A DNA stretch of 64,000 nt, taken from NCBI GenBank assembly GCA_963692865.2, contig OY843592.1:2688001-2752000 (forward strand), written 5' to 3'. This DNA comes from a bacterium (GTDB lineage Bacteria > UBA8248). Under the pieces are notes generated by a model, which made no database searches, had not been told where the DNA came from, and saw nothing but the letters and a program-made list of their open reading frames with translations. A program made the translations under genes and the position numbers. Within the stretch, counting starts at the first letter, position 1; every line of letters starts with the position of its first letter. Below are positions 27,417-37,081 of the stretch, piece by piece.

Positions 27417-28454
27417 CTATTTCACCTCGCGCTCCTCGATCCACGGCATCATCGCGCGCAGACGGCGGCCGACAATCTCGATGTCGTGTTCCTTCTCCTT
27501 GCGCACCACCGTGTTGAACGTGGGCCGGTTCACCATGTTCTCGTTGATCCACTCGCTGGCGAACCTTCCGGTCTGAATGTCGCGCAGGATTTCACGCATC
27601 CGCTCGCGCGTCGCATCGTCGATGACGACCTTGCCGCGCGTGATGTCGCCGTACTCGGCGGTGTCCGACACCGAATAGCGCATCATGGTGATGCCGCCCT
27701 GGTAGATCAGGTCGGTGATCAGCTTCACCTCGTGGAGACACTCGAAATACGCCAGCGCGGGTTGATAGCCCGCCTCCACGAGGGTTTCGAACGCGACGCG
27801 GATCAACTCGGTAATGCCGCCGCACAGCACCGCCTGCTCGCCGAAGAGGTCCGTTTCGGTCTCCTCCTCGATGGTCGTCTCGATGATGCCGGCGCGGGCG
27901 CAGCCCACCGCCTTGCCGTAAGCCAGGGCGTACTCCTTCGCCTTGCCCGTGGCGTCCTGAAAGACGGCCACCAATCCCGGCACGCCGCGCCCGTCCTCAT
28001 ATTGGAACCGCATGGTATGGCCCGGGCTTTTGGGCGCGATCATCACGACGTCGATGTTTTCCGGAGGAATGATTTGCCCGTAATTGAGGTTGAAACCATG
28101 GGCGACCACCAGAGCGTCACCATCACTCATGTTGGGCGCGATGTCGGCATTCCAGATTGCGGGCTGGAGATGATCCTGCGTGAGGATGACCACCAAATCA
28201 CCCGCCTTGGCCGCTTCTGCAGTTTCCATCACTTCAAGGCCATCGTCCTCGGCCTGCTTCCAGCGGGGGGAGGATTTCCTTAAGCCCACCACGACGTCCG
28301 CGCCGCTGTCCTGCGCATTCAGCGCATGGGCGCGCCCCTGGCTTCCGTAGCCGATGACGGCGATTTTTCTGTTCTGCAGCAGGTTCAGGTCCGCATCGGC
28401 GTCATAGTAGATTTTCAGGTCTTTCAACAACTGTTCTTCGTTCGCTTCGCTCAT
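27417..28454 (-). CDS. ilvC: ketol-acid reductoisomerase
   Basis: [44 protein letters not shown]. Confidence 0.97.
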   Translation of the reverse strand: MSEANEEQLLKDLKIYYDADADLNLLQNRKIAVIGYGSQGRAHALNAQDSGADVVVGLRKSSPRWKQAEDDGLEVMETAEAAKAGDLVVILTQDHLQPAIWNADIAPNMSDGDALVVAHGFNLNYGQIIPPENIDVVMIAPKSPGHTMRFQYEDGRGVPGLVAVFQDATGKAKEYALAYGKAVGCARAGIIETTIEEETETDLFGEQAVLCGGITELIRVAFETLVEAGYQPALAYFECLHEVKLITDLIYQGGITMMRYSVSDTAEYGDITRGKVVIDDATRERMREILRDIQTGRFASEWINENMVNRPTFNTVVRKEKEHDIEIVGRRLRAMMPWIEEREVK

Positions 28455-28580
28455 GGCCTTTGGCCCTCCAGGATTCGCAGCCCTCGCCGCGCCGTCAAAA
28501 ACGATCAACATGGGCGGAAAACACCCGCCACTCAAAAGGAAGTCGGCTTCTTGCGGGAAACCTCTGAAAAAAGAGACCCT

Positions 28581-28609
28581 AATCTAGGAGCCGGAAGCAG
28601 GAGCGTCAA
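28581..28609 (-). promoter_or_regulatory. sigma70 promoter of ilvC
   Basis: TTGACG-N17-TAGATT on the minus strand. Confidence 0.7.
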
Positions 28610-28745
28610 GGCGCTCCAGGCATCGGGAAACGAATTCAAAAGCGCCTGATCCTACTCTGGGAACCGCCCCTTCAAGAACCCCCTGTCAGTACCGCCTGTC
28701 CTATGTCGGAAGCGATTTTCTTCTCACCGCAGACGCAAGAGACGC

Positions 28746-28776
28746 AAAAAAGCCGAAGCAACGCGCTCCGGCTTTT
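28746..28776 (-). terminator. rho-independent terminator of the desaturase gene
   Basis: AAAAGCCGGAGC...GCTTCGGCTTTTTT on the minus strand. Confidence 0.75.
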
Positions 28777-28791
28777 CCCCCAAATTCACTT

Positions 28792-30198
28792 CTATATTGC
28801 AGAAGTAATGACCGGCCTGTCAATTCCCTTGAAAGCGACCGCAATCTCATCGGCGGCTTTCGAAGCCGCGTCACTTGCCTCTTGCGCGAGCGCCTTCGCC
28901 TTATCAGCCGCCTGATGAGCGGATTCCGTCGTCCTGTCCTTCGCATCCGCAAGATACGCGCTCGCCTGCGCGGAAAACTCGCCGGCTTCCGCCGCGGCGT
29001 ATTTGGCCTGCTCGACGGCCGCCATCGCCATATCCTTGCCCTTCTCCAGCATCTGGCGAACGGCCTGATCGGCGTCGTCTTTCTTGTGCATAAGCGCAAC
29101 GGAGGCGTGCGCCAGCGCTGTCTCGACCGATTCCAGGGACTTTCGGGCCGATTTCACCGCCGCCTCGCTCGCTTCCGTCAAAGAGGACATTTTAGGGACT
29201 TCGAGCGGTATCGTGGGGTCGGTCATCGTGTGGAGCACTTCAGCCCGCACTTCCGCCGAACCCAGCCTCCTCGCCTCGGAGGCGCGCAAGCCCTCCTCGT
29301 CCACCATGATATCGAGTCTTTTCGCCACGATGCGCTGGCTCGGCTCCCTCACCCCCCAGACCAGACCCAGGAGTTCCATCAGCCTGATGAGCCGGTAGGT
29401 AATATCCACCTCGAACCACCGCTGGCCGTGAGCGGCCGAGCGCTGGTCCGCATGGTGGTTGTTGTGCCAACCTTCGCCGAAGGAGAAGATGGCGACGAGC
29501 CAGTTGTTGGTGCTCTCCTCATCCGTGTTGTAGTTGCGGTAGCCGAAGGTGTGCGTCACCGAATTGACCGCCCAGGTGCAGTGCCACAAAACGACAGTAC
29601 GAACGAATACGCCCCAGACGAGCCAGGACATGCCCAAACCGCCGTACCATTCTCCCGCGAAGTAAATCGCCACAGCCGTCAGAACGTAGATGGGGAAAAA
29701 GAATTTGTCGAAAAAGCGCTGCCACCTGTCGCGGTGCAAATCCTTTGCGAAACGCGAATACTCGTCATAAGTGTGCGCGTCCGGCAGGCTGACGAAAAGC
29801 CATCCGGCATGCGCCCACAGAAAGTTCACGAGCGGGGAATGGGGGTCGGGCTCCTCATCCGATTCCTTGTGGTGGATGCGGTGCATCGCCACCCACTCGA
29901 TGGGCCCGCTCTGGAGCGCCTGGCAAGCGCAGAACGTCAGGAAATATTCTACCGGCTTATACGTCTGGAAACTTCTGTGCGTCAGCAGCCGGTGGTAGGC
30001 GACTGTTACGCCTACCATGCCTGCAACGAAATACATCACGATTCCCAGCACAAGGCCGGAAACGCTGAAATAATCCAGGTCAAAAGCCATCAGGGCGAGC
30101 AGATGAATCCCCCCGATAACGAAAATCGTCTCCCACTGCAACTTTCTTTCAGCTTTTCTGTGAATTGCGAGGCTTGGTTTTTCCGGCGCCGTAGACAA
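28792..30198 (-). CDS. acyl-CoA/acyl-lipid delta-9 desaturase with long Ala-rich C-terminal extension
   Basis: His boxes HRLLTH, HRIHH and GEGWHNNHH; DPHSP; TTG start. Confidence 0.92.
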   Translation of the reverse strand: MSTAPEKPSLAIHRKAERKLQWETIFVIGGIHLLALMAFDLDYFSVSGLVLGIVMYFVAGMVGVTVAYHRLLTHRSFQTYKPVEYFLTFCACQALQSGPIEWVAMHRIHHKESDEEPDPHSPLVNFLWAHAGWLFVSLPDAHTYDEYSRFAKDLHRDRWQRFFDKFFFPIYVLTAVAIYFAGEWYGGLGMSWLVWGVFVRTVVLWHCTWAVNSVTHTFGYRNYNTDEESTNNWLVAIFSFGEGWHNNHHADQRSAAHGQRWFEVDITYRLIRLMELLGLVWGVREPSQRIVAKRLDIMVDEEGLRASEARRLGSAEVRAEVLHTMTDPTIPLEVPKMSSLTEASEAAVKSARKSLESVETALAHASVALMHKKDDADQAVRQMLEKGKDMAMAAVEQAKYAAAEAGEFSAQASAYLADAKDRTTESAHQAADKAKALAQEASDAASKAADEIAVAFKGIDRPVITSAI

Positions 30199-30524
30199 GT
30201 TCTTCCCCCATTCTCAAATAATCCGTCAGGGTATCGTGGAACTTCATTTTAGATATGATCGGGCGATGTGCCGAGACAACTCTTCATCAACCTCAGACAC
30301 TGTGCTGAATCGCGGTTATCATGGGCCAGAAGCAATCAGAAATCAAGCCCCCCAAAGAAATCACTCTCCCTGAAGGCGAATCTTTCACCAATTTCACCAA
30401 AGCCGACCATGTGGGCTCGACACATGGCAAATAAGGAGAACCCGGTGATCCGCATTGTCATTTTGCCGATTCTCCCGTAAGAAGCGAATTCCATACCCAC
30501 ACGTCATCCTGCGAGGAGAACGCT

Positions 30525-31409
30525 ATGCCCGAAGTGAGAACAAACGGCGTCAGTCTGTATTACGAAGCCAGCGGCGAGGGCGCGCCCATCGTGTTCGTTC
30601 ATGAATTCGCGGGCGACTGCCGCAGCTGGGAGGATCAGGTACGCTATTTCAACCGCAGATACAGGGTCATCACATATAACGCCAGAGGATTCCCCCCCTC
30701 CGAAGTGCCTGAAGACGCATCACAATACAGCCAGGACATCGCCGTGAACGATCTGGCGGGCCTCATCAGGGATTTGGACCTTGCGCCCGCCCACGTCGTA
30801 GGACTTTCAATGGGCGGCTATGCGACCCTGCACCTGGGTTTGCGCCACCCCGAGCTCGCCCGCTCCATTGTCGTCGCCGGGTGCGGCTACGGCTCCGAGA
30901 TGAATCAGCGCGAACGGTTCCAAAAAGACGCGGAAGAAGTCGCCGACAGGTTCCTGACCGACGGCATGGAAAAGTTCGGCCCCGTATACACCGCAGGCCC
31001 CACGCGCATGCAACTGAAAAGAAAAGACGCCATCGGTTATCAGAAATTCATCGACCACTTCATGAGCCACTCTCCCCTGGGCTGCGCCAATACGATGCGC
31101 GGGGTGCAAAGCGCGAGGCCTTCGGTCTATGAACTCGAAGAGCAGATGAAGAACTGCTCCGTGCCGACGCTCGTCCTCACGGGCGATGAGGATTTCCCCT
31201 GCCTGGAGCCGGGGCTGTTCATGAAGCGCAACATTCAGACGGCCGCCCTGTTCACCTTTCCCAACTCCGGTCACCTCATCAACCTCGAGGAACCCGCCAT
31301 GTTCAATCGCGTCGTTCTCGAATTCATCACCGAGGTGGACGCCGGGCGCTGGCCTGCGCGCGACCCGCTCTCGATGGGAGAATCCGCGCTGTTGCCGGAT
31401 GAGGAATAG
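30525..31409 (+). CDS. alpha/beta hydrolase
   Basis: HEF, GLSMGG nucleophile elbow, GDED, GH..NLEEP; GAGGAG RBS. Confidence 0.92.
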   Translation: MPEVRTNGVSLYYEASGEGAPIVFVHEFAGDCRSWEDQVRYFNRRYRVITYNARGFPPSEVPEDASQYSQDIAVNDLAGLIRDLDLAPAHVVGLSMGGYATLHLGLRHPELARSIVVAGCGYGSEMNQRERFQKDAEEVADRFLTDGMEKFGPVYTAGPTRMQLKRKDAIGYQKFIDHFMSHSPLGCANTMRGVQSARPSVYELEEQMKNCSVPTLVLTGDEDFPCLEPGLFMKRNIQTAALFTFPNSGHLINLEEPAMFNRVVLEFITEVDAGRWPARDPLSMGESALLPDEE

Positions 31410-31430
31410 TTTTTACGTCAAGGAGAAGAC

Positions 31431-32192
31431 ATGCCGGGCAAGCTGGAAGGAAAAAGAGCCATCGTCACGGGCGCCTCATCCGGCATCGGCGCGGCCATCG
31501 CGCGCAGATTCAGCATGGAGGGCGCATCCATCTGGGCGGCGGGAGGCTTCAACCGGGAACGTCTCGACGGAATCATCGCCGATTGCAGCGCGGGAGGCGG
31601 CAAAATCGACGGACGATGCTACGACTTGAGAGACGCGCGCAAGGCGAACGACGTGATGAGCGACGGCGCGCGATTCCTCGGCGGCCTCGACGTCATGGTG
31701 AACTGCGCCGCCATGCGGGGACACAGGAGTTTTTTGGAGTTCACAGACGAACAGATTGACGAGTTGTATGAAGTGAACGCGAAATCCGTTTTCATCGCCA
31801 CGCGCGAGGCGGCCAGGCTCATGGCGCCGCAGGGCAAGGGGAAAATATTGATGATCGGCTCCATCGACGGCGAGCGCGGCGTGCCCGGCAACGCGCTCTA
31901 CTGCGCGACCAAGACCTCCATGCACAACTTGACGCGCGCCCTGGCCGTGGAACTCGGCCCTCTTGGACTGCGCGTCAACTGCCTCATGCCGGGAACCACC
32001 GAAAGCGAGCGCGTGAAGGAGATCCACATCAACGACCCCGAGCGCGCCAGGGCGAAACTGCCCCGGATACCCGTGAACCGATTTGCAAGTCCAGAGGAGA
32101 TGGCCGAAGTCTCGCTTTTCCTGGTTTCGGACGAGAACGATTTCATGAACGGCGCCTTCATCTCATGCGACGGCGGCACCTTGGCGATGTAG
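31431..32192 (+). CDS. SDR family oxidoreductase
   Basis: TGASSGIG, YCATK, RVN...PG. Confidence 0.92.
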   Translation: MPGKLEGKRAIVTGASSGIGAAIARRFSMEGASIWAAGGFNRERLDGIIADCSAGGGKIDGRCYDLRDARKANDVMSDGARFLGGLDVMVNCAAMRGHRSFLEFTDEQIDELYEVNAKSVFIATREAARLMAPQGKGKILMIGSIDGERGVPGNALYCATKTSMHNLTRALAVELGPLGLRVNCLMPGTTESERVKEIHINDPERARAKLPRIPVNRFASPEEMAEVSLFLVSDENDFMNGAFISCDGGTLAM

Positions 32193-32272
32193 GCTGACAG
32201 CGGTCACCGGAAGAGAAATGCCCATCCATCGAGAGCATCACGATTCGCCAACCCATGGAGGTTTATCGAGCG

Positions 32273-33643
32273 ATGAAGAAAGCCCCTGTCGTTTGTGAAG
32301 ATGTCACTCCCGCTTTCCCGTCCTACCCGGTGGCGGTCAAGGCCGGTGAACTATTGTTCGTCTCGGGTTTAAGGCCCGCTGGCCCGGCGGGCTTCCCGGA
32401 TCTGCCCGAAGCGGGGCGCGAGCAGATGCAGGGCTATCCGCTCGCCGACCTCACCGAAGGCCGCGTCGTCGCGGACTCATGGGCGGTCCACGACAGCCTA
32501 GAGAAACTCCTCGTCGCGGCGGGCACGCACAGCGACCAGGTGCTGCGCCAGCACATCTGGCAGCGTGACAAGCGTTATTTCCCCAGCTACGAACACGTCC
32601 GGGTGCATTGGCAGCCGACGCCCGCGCCCAGCAGCGGGCTTGGCGTGACGGACGTCGTCGGACGCGGCAGCCACTGGATCGGGATCGACGCCATCGCCGC
32701 CTGCACGCAGGCCGGCGGCGTGTTCGGCGAACGCCAGGTGATGACCGACGTTTATAATCCGGACCTGCCAGCGGCCTCGCACTACTGCCAAGCGATTCGC
32801 TCGGGCCCGTTCGCCTTCTTCGCCGGCCACATCCCGATCAAGACAGCAGAGCCCGGAAAACCGCTGGTCAACTCGTATGACGACGTGCCGGAGGAGGGCC
32901 GCTTCCTCTCGACGGGACGCAGCCATCCCGACAGCCGACACGGCCCCATCGCGTCCCAGACCTGGTATGTCTACAACGAGCTGCGCCGCACGCTCTCAGG
33001 ACACGGCATGGATATGGAAGACGTCGTGAACGTGACGATCTTCCTGGGCGACCTGCGCGATTTCTCCACGTTCCATCGAGTTCACACCCATTTCTTTCCC
33101 GAAGTTCAGCCATCGCTTTGCGTCGTGGGGTTCGACGAGGTGGGCCACCGCGGCACGCGCATCGAGATCGAAATCACCGCCATGGACCGGAGGAGCGGCC
33201 TTGTCCGTCAATCATTCCCATGGCAAGGAGCGGCGCCCTTCGCGGCCCCCGCCGCCACCCAGGCGGGGCCGGTGTGCTTCTTCTCGGGCATGGTGGGCGT
33301 CGACGAGGCGGGAGCGCTCGTCCGGGGCGCCGATTCCCTTCCCGATGCGGGGCGGCGCGCCGTGTTGCCTTTGGAAAAAATAGAGCGGCGGCCGGGCCTC
33401 GCCGCGCAGTGCTGGATGGCGTGGGAGCAACTTCGCGCCAGCGCAGCGGGCGCGGGAATGGAACTGGCGGACATCGCCATGACCAGAGTGTATCTCTCCG
33501 ATCCGGCGGACCTGGCGGTCTACGAGGCGGTTCGCGAGACCTTCATCGAGGAGGACCTGCCCGCGTTCGAATGCGTGATCGTGCATGGCCCCGGACCGGT
33601 CGCGGAAGCGCTGGTCCAAATCGACGCCATCGGCATGAAATAA
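32273..33643 (+). CDS. Rid (YjgF/UK114) family protein with three tandem domains
   Basis: Three repeats of A..G.xxFxSG / Q.W...L / xxxL.D / IxIDAI (or IEIEIT); GGAGG RBS. Confidence 0.82.
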   Translation: MKKAPVVCEDVTPAFPSYPVAVKAGELLFVSGLRPAGPAGFPDLPEAGREQMQGYPLADLTEGRVVADSWAVHDSLEKLLVAAGTHSDQVLRQHIWQRDKRYFPSYEHVRVHWQPTPAPSSGLGVTDVVGRGSHWIGIDAIAACTQAGGVFGERQVMTDVYNPDLPAASHYCQAIRSGPFAFFAGHIPIKTAEPGKPLVNSYDDVPEEGRFLSTGRSHPDSRHGPIASQTWYVYNELRRTLSGHGMDMEDVVNVTIFLGDLRDFSTFHRVHTHFFPEVQPSLCVVGFDEVGHRGTRIEIEITAMDRRSGLVRQSFPWQGAAPFAAPAATQAGPVCFFSGMVGVDEAGALVRGADSLPDAGRRAVLPLEKIERRPGLAAQCWMAWEQLRASAAGAGMELADIAMTRVYLSDPADLAVYEAVRETFIEEDLPAFECVIVHGPGPVAEALVQIDAIGMK

Positions 33644-33673
33644 CGAAGGCGGACGATTCGGCTTCTTACGGCG

Positions 33674-34357
33674 TCAGAACCAGGCCCACAAATCTTCTTT
33701 TGCGCGGAGTTCCTCGCTTGCGCCGTCGAACACCACGCGCCCGCCTTTGAGCACGATTGCGCGCTCGACGACGTCCAGGGCGGCGAGCACGTTCTGTTCG
33801 ACGAGGATCAGCCCGGTGCCGAGTTCCGAGTTGATGCGCGAGAGCGAGCCCAGCACGTTTTTCACGATTGCCGGAGCGAGGCCGGCGGTCGGTTCGTCGA
33901 GCAGGAGGACTTGGGGCCGCGTCATCAAGGCCAGCGCGACGGCGAGCATCTGCTGCTCCCCGCCGCTCATGTCGCCTGCGAGCTGACTCTGACGCTCTCG
34001 CAGCAGCGGGAAAAGGGCGTAGGCCTCATCCAGAAACGAGGAGTCTGACTTCGAACCCGCAATGTGCAGGTTCTGTTCGACCGTCAGGTTCGGAAAGACA
34101 TTCTGGACTTGCGGTACGAAACCGATTCCCAGCATAACGTTTCGGTGAACCTGATCGGCAATTATTGGTGAACCACCAAAAGCCACGGCGCCGGAAACAT
34201 CCCTGACGCCGCCGACCAGACACTTGAGAAACGTCGACTTGCCCGAACCGTTGTGACCGAAAATCCCCATCCGCACACCGGTATCGAAGGAGAGCGACAC
34301 GTCGTTCACGGCGATAAGCGGCCCGTAGCGGGCCGTGAGGTTTTGGACTTCAAACAT
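33674..34357 (-). CDS. LivF-type ABC ATPase
   Basis: GHNGSGKS, MSGGEQQML, LLDEPTAGL, VEQN. Confidence 0.92.
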   Translation of the reverse strand: MFEVQNLTARYGPLIAVNDVSLSFDTGVRMGIFGHNGSGKSTFLKCLVGGVRDVSGAVAFGGSPIIADQVHRNVMLGIGFVPQVQNVFPNLTVEQNLHIAGSKSDSSFLDEAYALFPLLRERQSQLAGDMSGGEQQMLAVALALMTRPQVLLLDEPTAGLAPAIVKNVLGSLSRINSELGTGLILVEQNVLAALDVVERAIVLKGGRVVFDGASEELRAKEDLWAWF

Positions 34358-34370
34358 CGTTCTCTCTCGA

Positions 34371-35141
34371 TTACTGCGGGTGTTCGCCGCCGAAATACAG
34401 GTCCGTGAGCTGCGAATCGCGTGTGAGTTCGTCGACGGAGCCGCTGGCAAGAACACATCCGTTGAACATGAAAACCGTGCGATCGCTGATGTCGCGGATG
34501 AACGAGATGTTGTGCTCCACCACGCAGACCGCGCGCCCGGCCTGGGCCTCTTCGCGGATGACGCGGATGATCGTCTCATACGCCTGCCCCTCGACGCCCG
34601 CCATGGGTTCGTCCAGCAACAGGCACGCCGCGTCGCTCATCAGCGCCCGGGCGAGGCCGATCCGCTTCTGCTGGCCGTAGGAGAGTTCGATCGCCATCTC
34701 GTGCATCTTGTCCGCGAGTCCCACCCGATCGAGTAGCGCCATGGCCTTCTCCGTCGCTTCCTGGCGGAAGGCGTCGACCGCGCGGCGGCGGAACAGAATG
34801 CGCGCCAGCGATTCTCCGGGGTAGCGCCGCGTCGCTATCAGCAGGTTGTCAATTACCGACATCGAGTGAAACATCCGGGTATTCTGCCAGGTTCGGGCCA
34901 GGCCGATCCGCGCGCGATGGTGCATGGGCAATTGATCCACGCGATGACCTTCCAGAATTATTGAACCCGCATCCGGGGGAATCACGCCCGAGATCAGATT
35001 GAACAAAGACGTCTTGCCCGCCCCGTTGGGACCGATGAGCCCGACGATCTCGCCTGCCCCGAAGCTCAGGTTGACGTCGTCCGCCACCACGATTCCGCCA
35101 AAGCTCTTGTGCAGATCCTCGACCCTGACGACTGCGCTCAT
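34371..35141 (-). CDS. LivG-type ABC ATPase
   Basis: GPNGAGKT, LSYGQQKR, LLDEPMAG, VEHN. Confidence 0.92.
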   Translation of the reverse strand: MSAVVRVEDLHKSFGGIVVADDVNLSFGAGEIVGLIGPNGAGKTSLFNLISGVIPPDAGSIILEGHRVDQLPMHHRARIGLARTWQNTRMFHSMSVIDNLLIATRRYPGESLARILFRRRAVDAFRQEATEKAMALLDRVGLADKMHEMAIELSYGQQKRIGLARALMSDAACLLLDEPMAGVEGQAYETIIRVIREEAQAGRAVCVVEHNISFIRDISDRTVFMFNGCVLASGSVDELTRDSQLTDLYFGGEHPQ

Positions 35142-36052
35142 TCCGCATCCCTCCTCGCCCTGAAGGCCGCGCTCGCGCTCCAGGCCTCGAGTCCTCCACC
35201 ACCTCTGGCGCCTCCCGTCAGTCCCTGGGGACGCGCGAAGAGGAAGAATATGACGAGCGTCGTGTAAATGACGCCCTGGAGCGGCGCCATGATGGAAACG
35301 GGCAGACCGAGAAACGTGATGGCCTGCGGAAGGGTCGTCAGGAGCACGGCTCCCACCAGGGGGCCCCACGTCGTGGCGGCGCCGCCCACGACCACCATCG
35401 TCAAGAGAGCCGCCGAGGTGAATATGCCGAACTGCTCGGGGGTGACGTAGGCGAAGTAATGCGCATACAGCGCGCCCGCGAGGCCGGCCATGCCCGAGCC
35501 GATGGCGAACAGGACAATCTTGATGTTCATCGCGTTACGGCCCATGGCGCTGAAGGCCTCCTCGTCGTTTCGCATGGCGGTGATGGCCCGCCCGTAATCC
35601 CCCTCGACAATCCAACCCACAAGCAAAACCGCGCAGGCGGCGACGACCGCGATGAGCAACACGAAGACGAGGCTGCGCGAGGGGCCTTCGTTGAGCACCG
35701 GAATGTTGGTCAGCCCGCCGGCCGCGCCGGTGAAGTCCAGGTTGTTGATGACGTGCAGGATGCCCAGTTGAAACCCGATGCTGGCGATGACGAGGTAATC
35801 ACCCGATACGCGAAGCGAGGGCAGCGACACGCCGAACGATAGCGCCATCGCGACCAGCGCTCCCATGACTATCGCGAGCGGAACCGGTATCTGCAAATGA
35901 ATCGCGAGCAGGCCTGAACAATACGCCCCGATGGCGTAGAAGATGGGGTGGGCGACGCTCATCAGTCCGCCGTATCCCAGAATGAGGTTGAAGCTCGTGG
36001 CGAGGATCACGTTGATCCCGATGAGCACCATCACGGTCAGGATGTATTCCAT
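35138..36052 (-). CDS. LivM-type branched-chain ABC permease
   Basis: NL..GYGG, LR..GDY, R..E.A..AMG, GLAGAL. Confidence 0.92.
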   Translation of the reverse strand: MEYILTVMVLIGINVILATSFNLILGYGGLMSVAHPIFYAIGAYCSGLLAIHLQIPVPLAIVMGALVAMALSFGVSLPSLRVSGDYLVIASIGFQLGILHVINNLDFTGAAGGLTNIPVLNEGPSRSLVFVLLIAVVAACAVLLVGWIVEGDYGRAITAMRNDEEAFSAMGRNAMNIKIVLFAIGSGMAGLAGALYAHYFAYVTPEQFGIFTSAALLTMVVVGGAATTWGPLVGAVLLTTLPQAITFLGLPVSIMAPLQGVIYTTLVIFFLFARPQGLTGGARGGGGLEAWSASAAFRARRDAE

Positions 36053-36059
36053 ATCCCGC

Positions 36060-37007
36060 TCAGTCTCCCGCCGAATCAGCAGCCGCTACGACGGCGGAGC
36101 GGCCCGAGGCTCTCGCCACCCCGCGCAACCGGCGCGGCAGGGCGAATCCGCGCGGGAAGAAAATGATGACGACGAATATGAGTATATACGCGAGCAGCGC
36201 CTGCCATTTGGACGCGATGACGAGAATGCTGAACGCCTGTATGAGACTCAGGGCGACTGCTGCGATTCCGGCGCGAAAGACGTTGCCGATACCGGCCAGA
36301 ATCGTCGCAATGACGGCGAATATCAGCAGATGCTGGAGCGGCGTGGAGGGAAACAACGCCGCCTTGGTCCCGAAAAGATACATGCCGGCGGTGATGAGCA
36401 CCGCGGCGATGGAGATCGAAACGCCATAGGCGCGCTTTCGGCTGATTCCGTATATCTCCGCCAGATTCTCATTGTCGGCCACGGCAATCAGATACTGGCC
36501 GTAGCGCGTGCGGTGGATAAAGAGATAGAGGATCAGCATCAGCACCGCCGTCACCGCAATCGCCATCAAGTCCCAGTGGCTGATCGCGATGCCGCCGTAA
36601 AGATCGACGGGCCACAAGAGACTCGGGTAGAGCGTCTGCGGCTCCGTCCCGAAGAAGAGTTCGATGAGGTAACCCGAGAACTCCGAAAAGACGATCGTGA
36701 AGATGAACAGGGTCAGAATCGAGGAGTTGCGGTCTCGGAACACCATGAAGGCGTAGCGCTCGAGAGCGAGCGAGACGGCGAGCGTTATGAGGAGCCCGAA
36801 AATCAGGGCGGGAACCAGCGGTAATCCCCAGTGCCGGAACGCTACGAGCAGGGAGTAATAGGCGAACACCATCACTCCGGCCTGGGCGAAGTTCCATATC
36901 TTGTTGACCTTGAGGACGAGGGAAAAGGCCACCGCGAACAAGCAGTAATATGTCGCGGCGGCGAATCCCGTCCACAGGAGTTGCCCCAAAATTCCCCAGG
37001 TCAGCAT
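36060..37007 (-). CDS. LivH-type branched-chain ABC permease
   Basis: NFAQ, T.YG...AVADN..LA...GI, P.G. Confidence 0.92.
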   Translation of the reverse strand: MLTWGILGQLLWTGFAAATYYCLFAVAFSLVLKVNKIWNFAQAGVMVFAYYSLLVAFRHWGLPLVPALIFGLLITLAVSLALERYAFMVFRDRNSSILTLFIFTIVFSEFSGYLIELFFGTEPQTLYPSLLWPVDLYGGIAISHWDLMAIAVTAVLMLILYLFIHRTRYGQYLIAVADNENLAEIYGISRKRAYGVSISIAAVLITAGMYLFGTKAALFPSTPLQHLLIFAVIATILAGIGNVFRAGIAAVALSLIQAFSILVIASKWQALLAYILIFVVIIFFPRGFALPRRLRGVARASGRSAVVAAADSAGD

Positions 37008-37081
37008 GGCTTGACGTCACACACGATAAAATCCCGGTGAGCGCGCCCGACGGCGCGCCCACTCAGTGAAAACATACGGGA

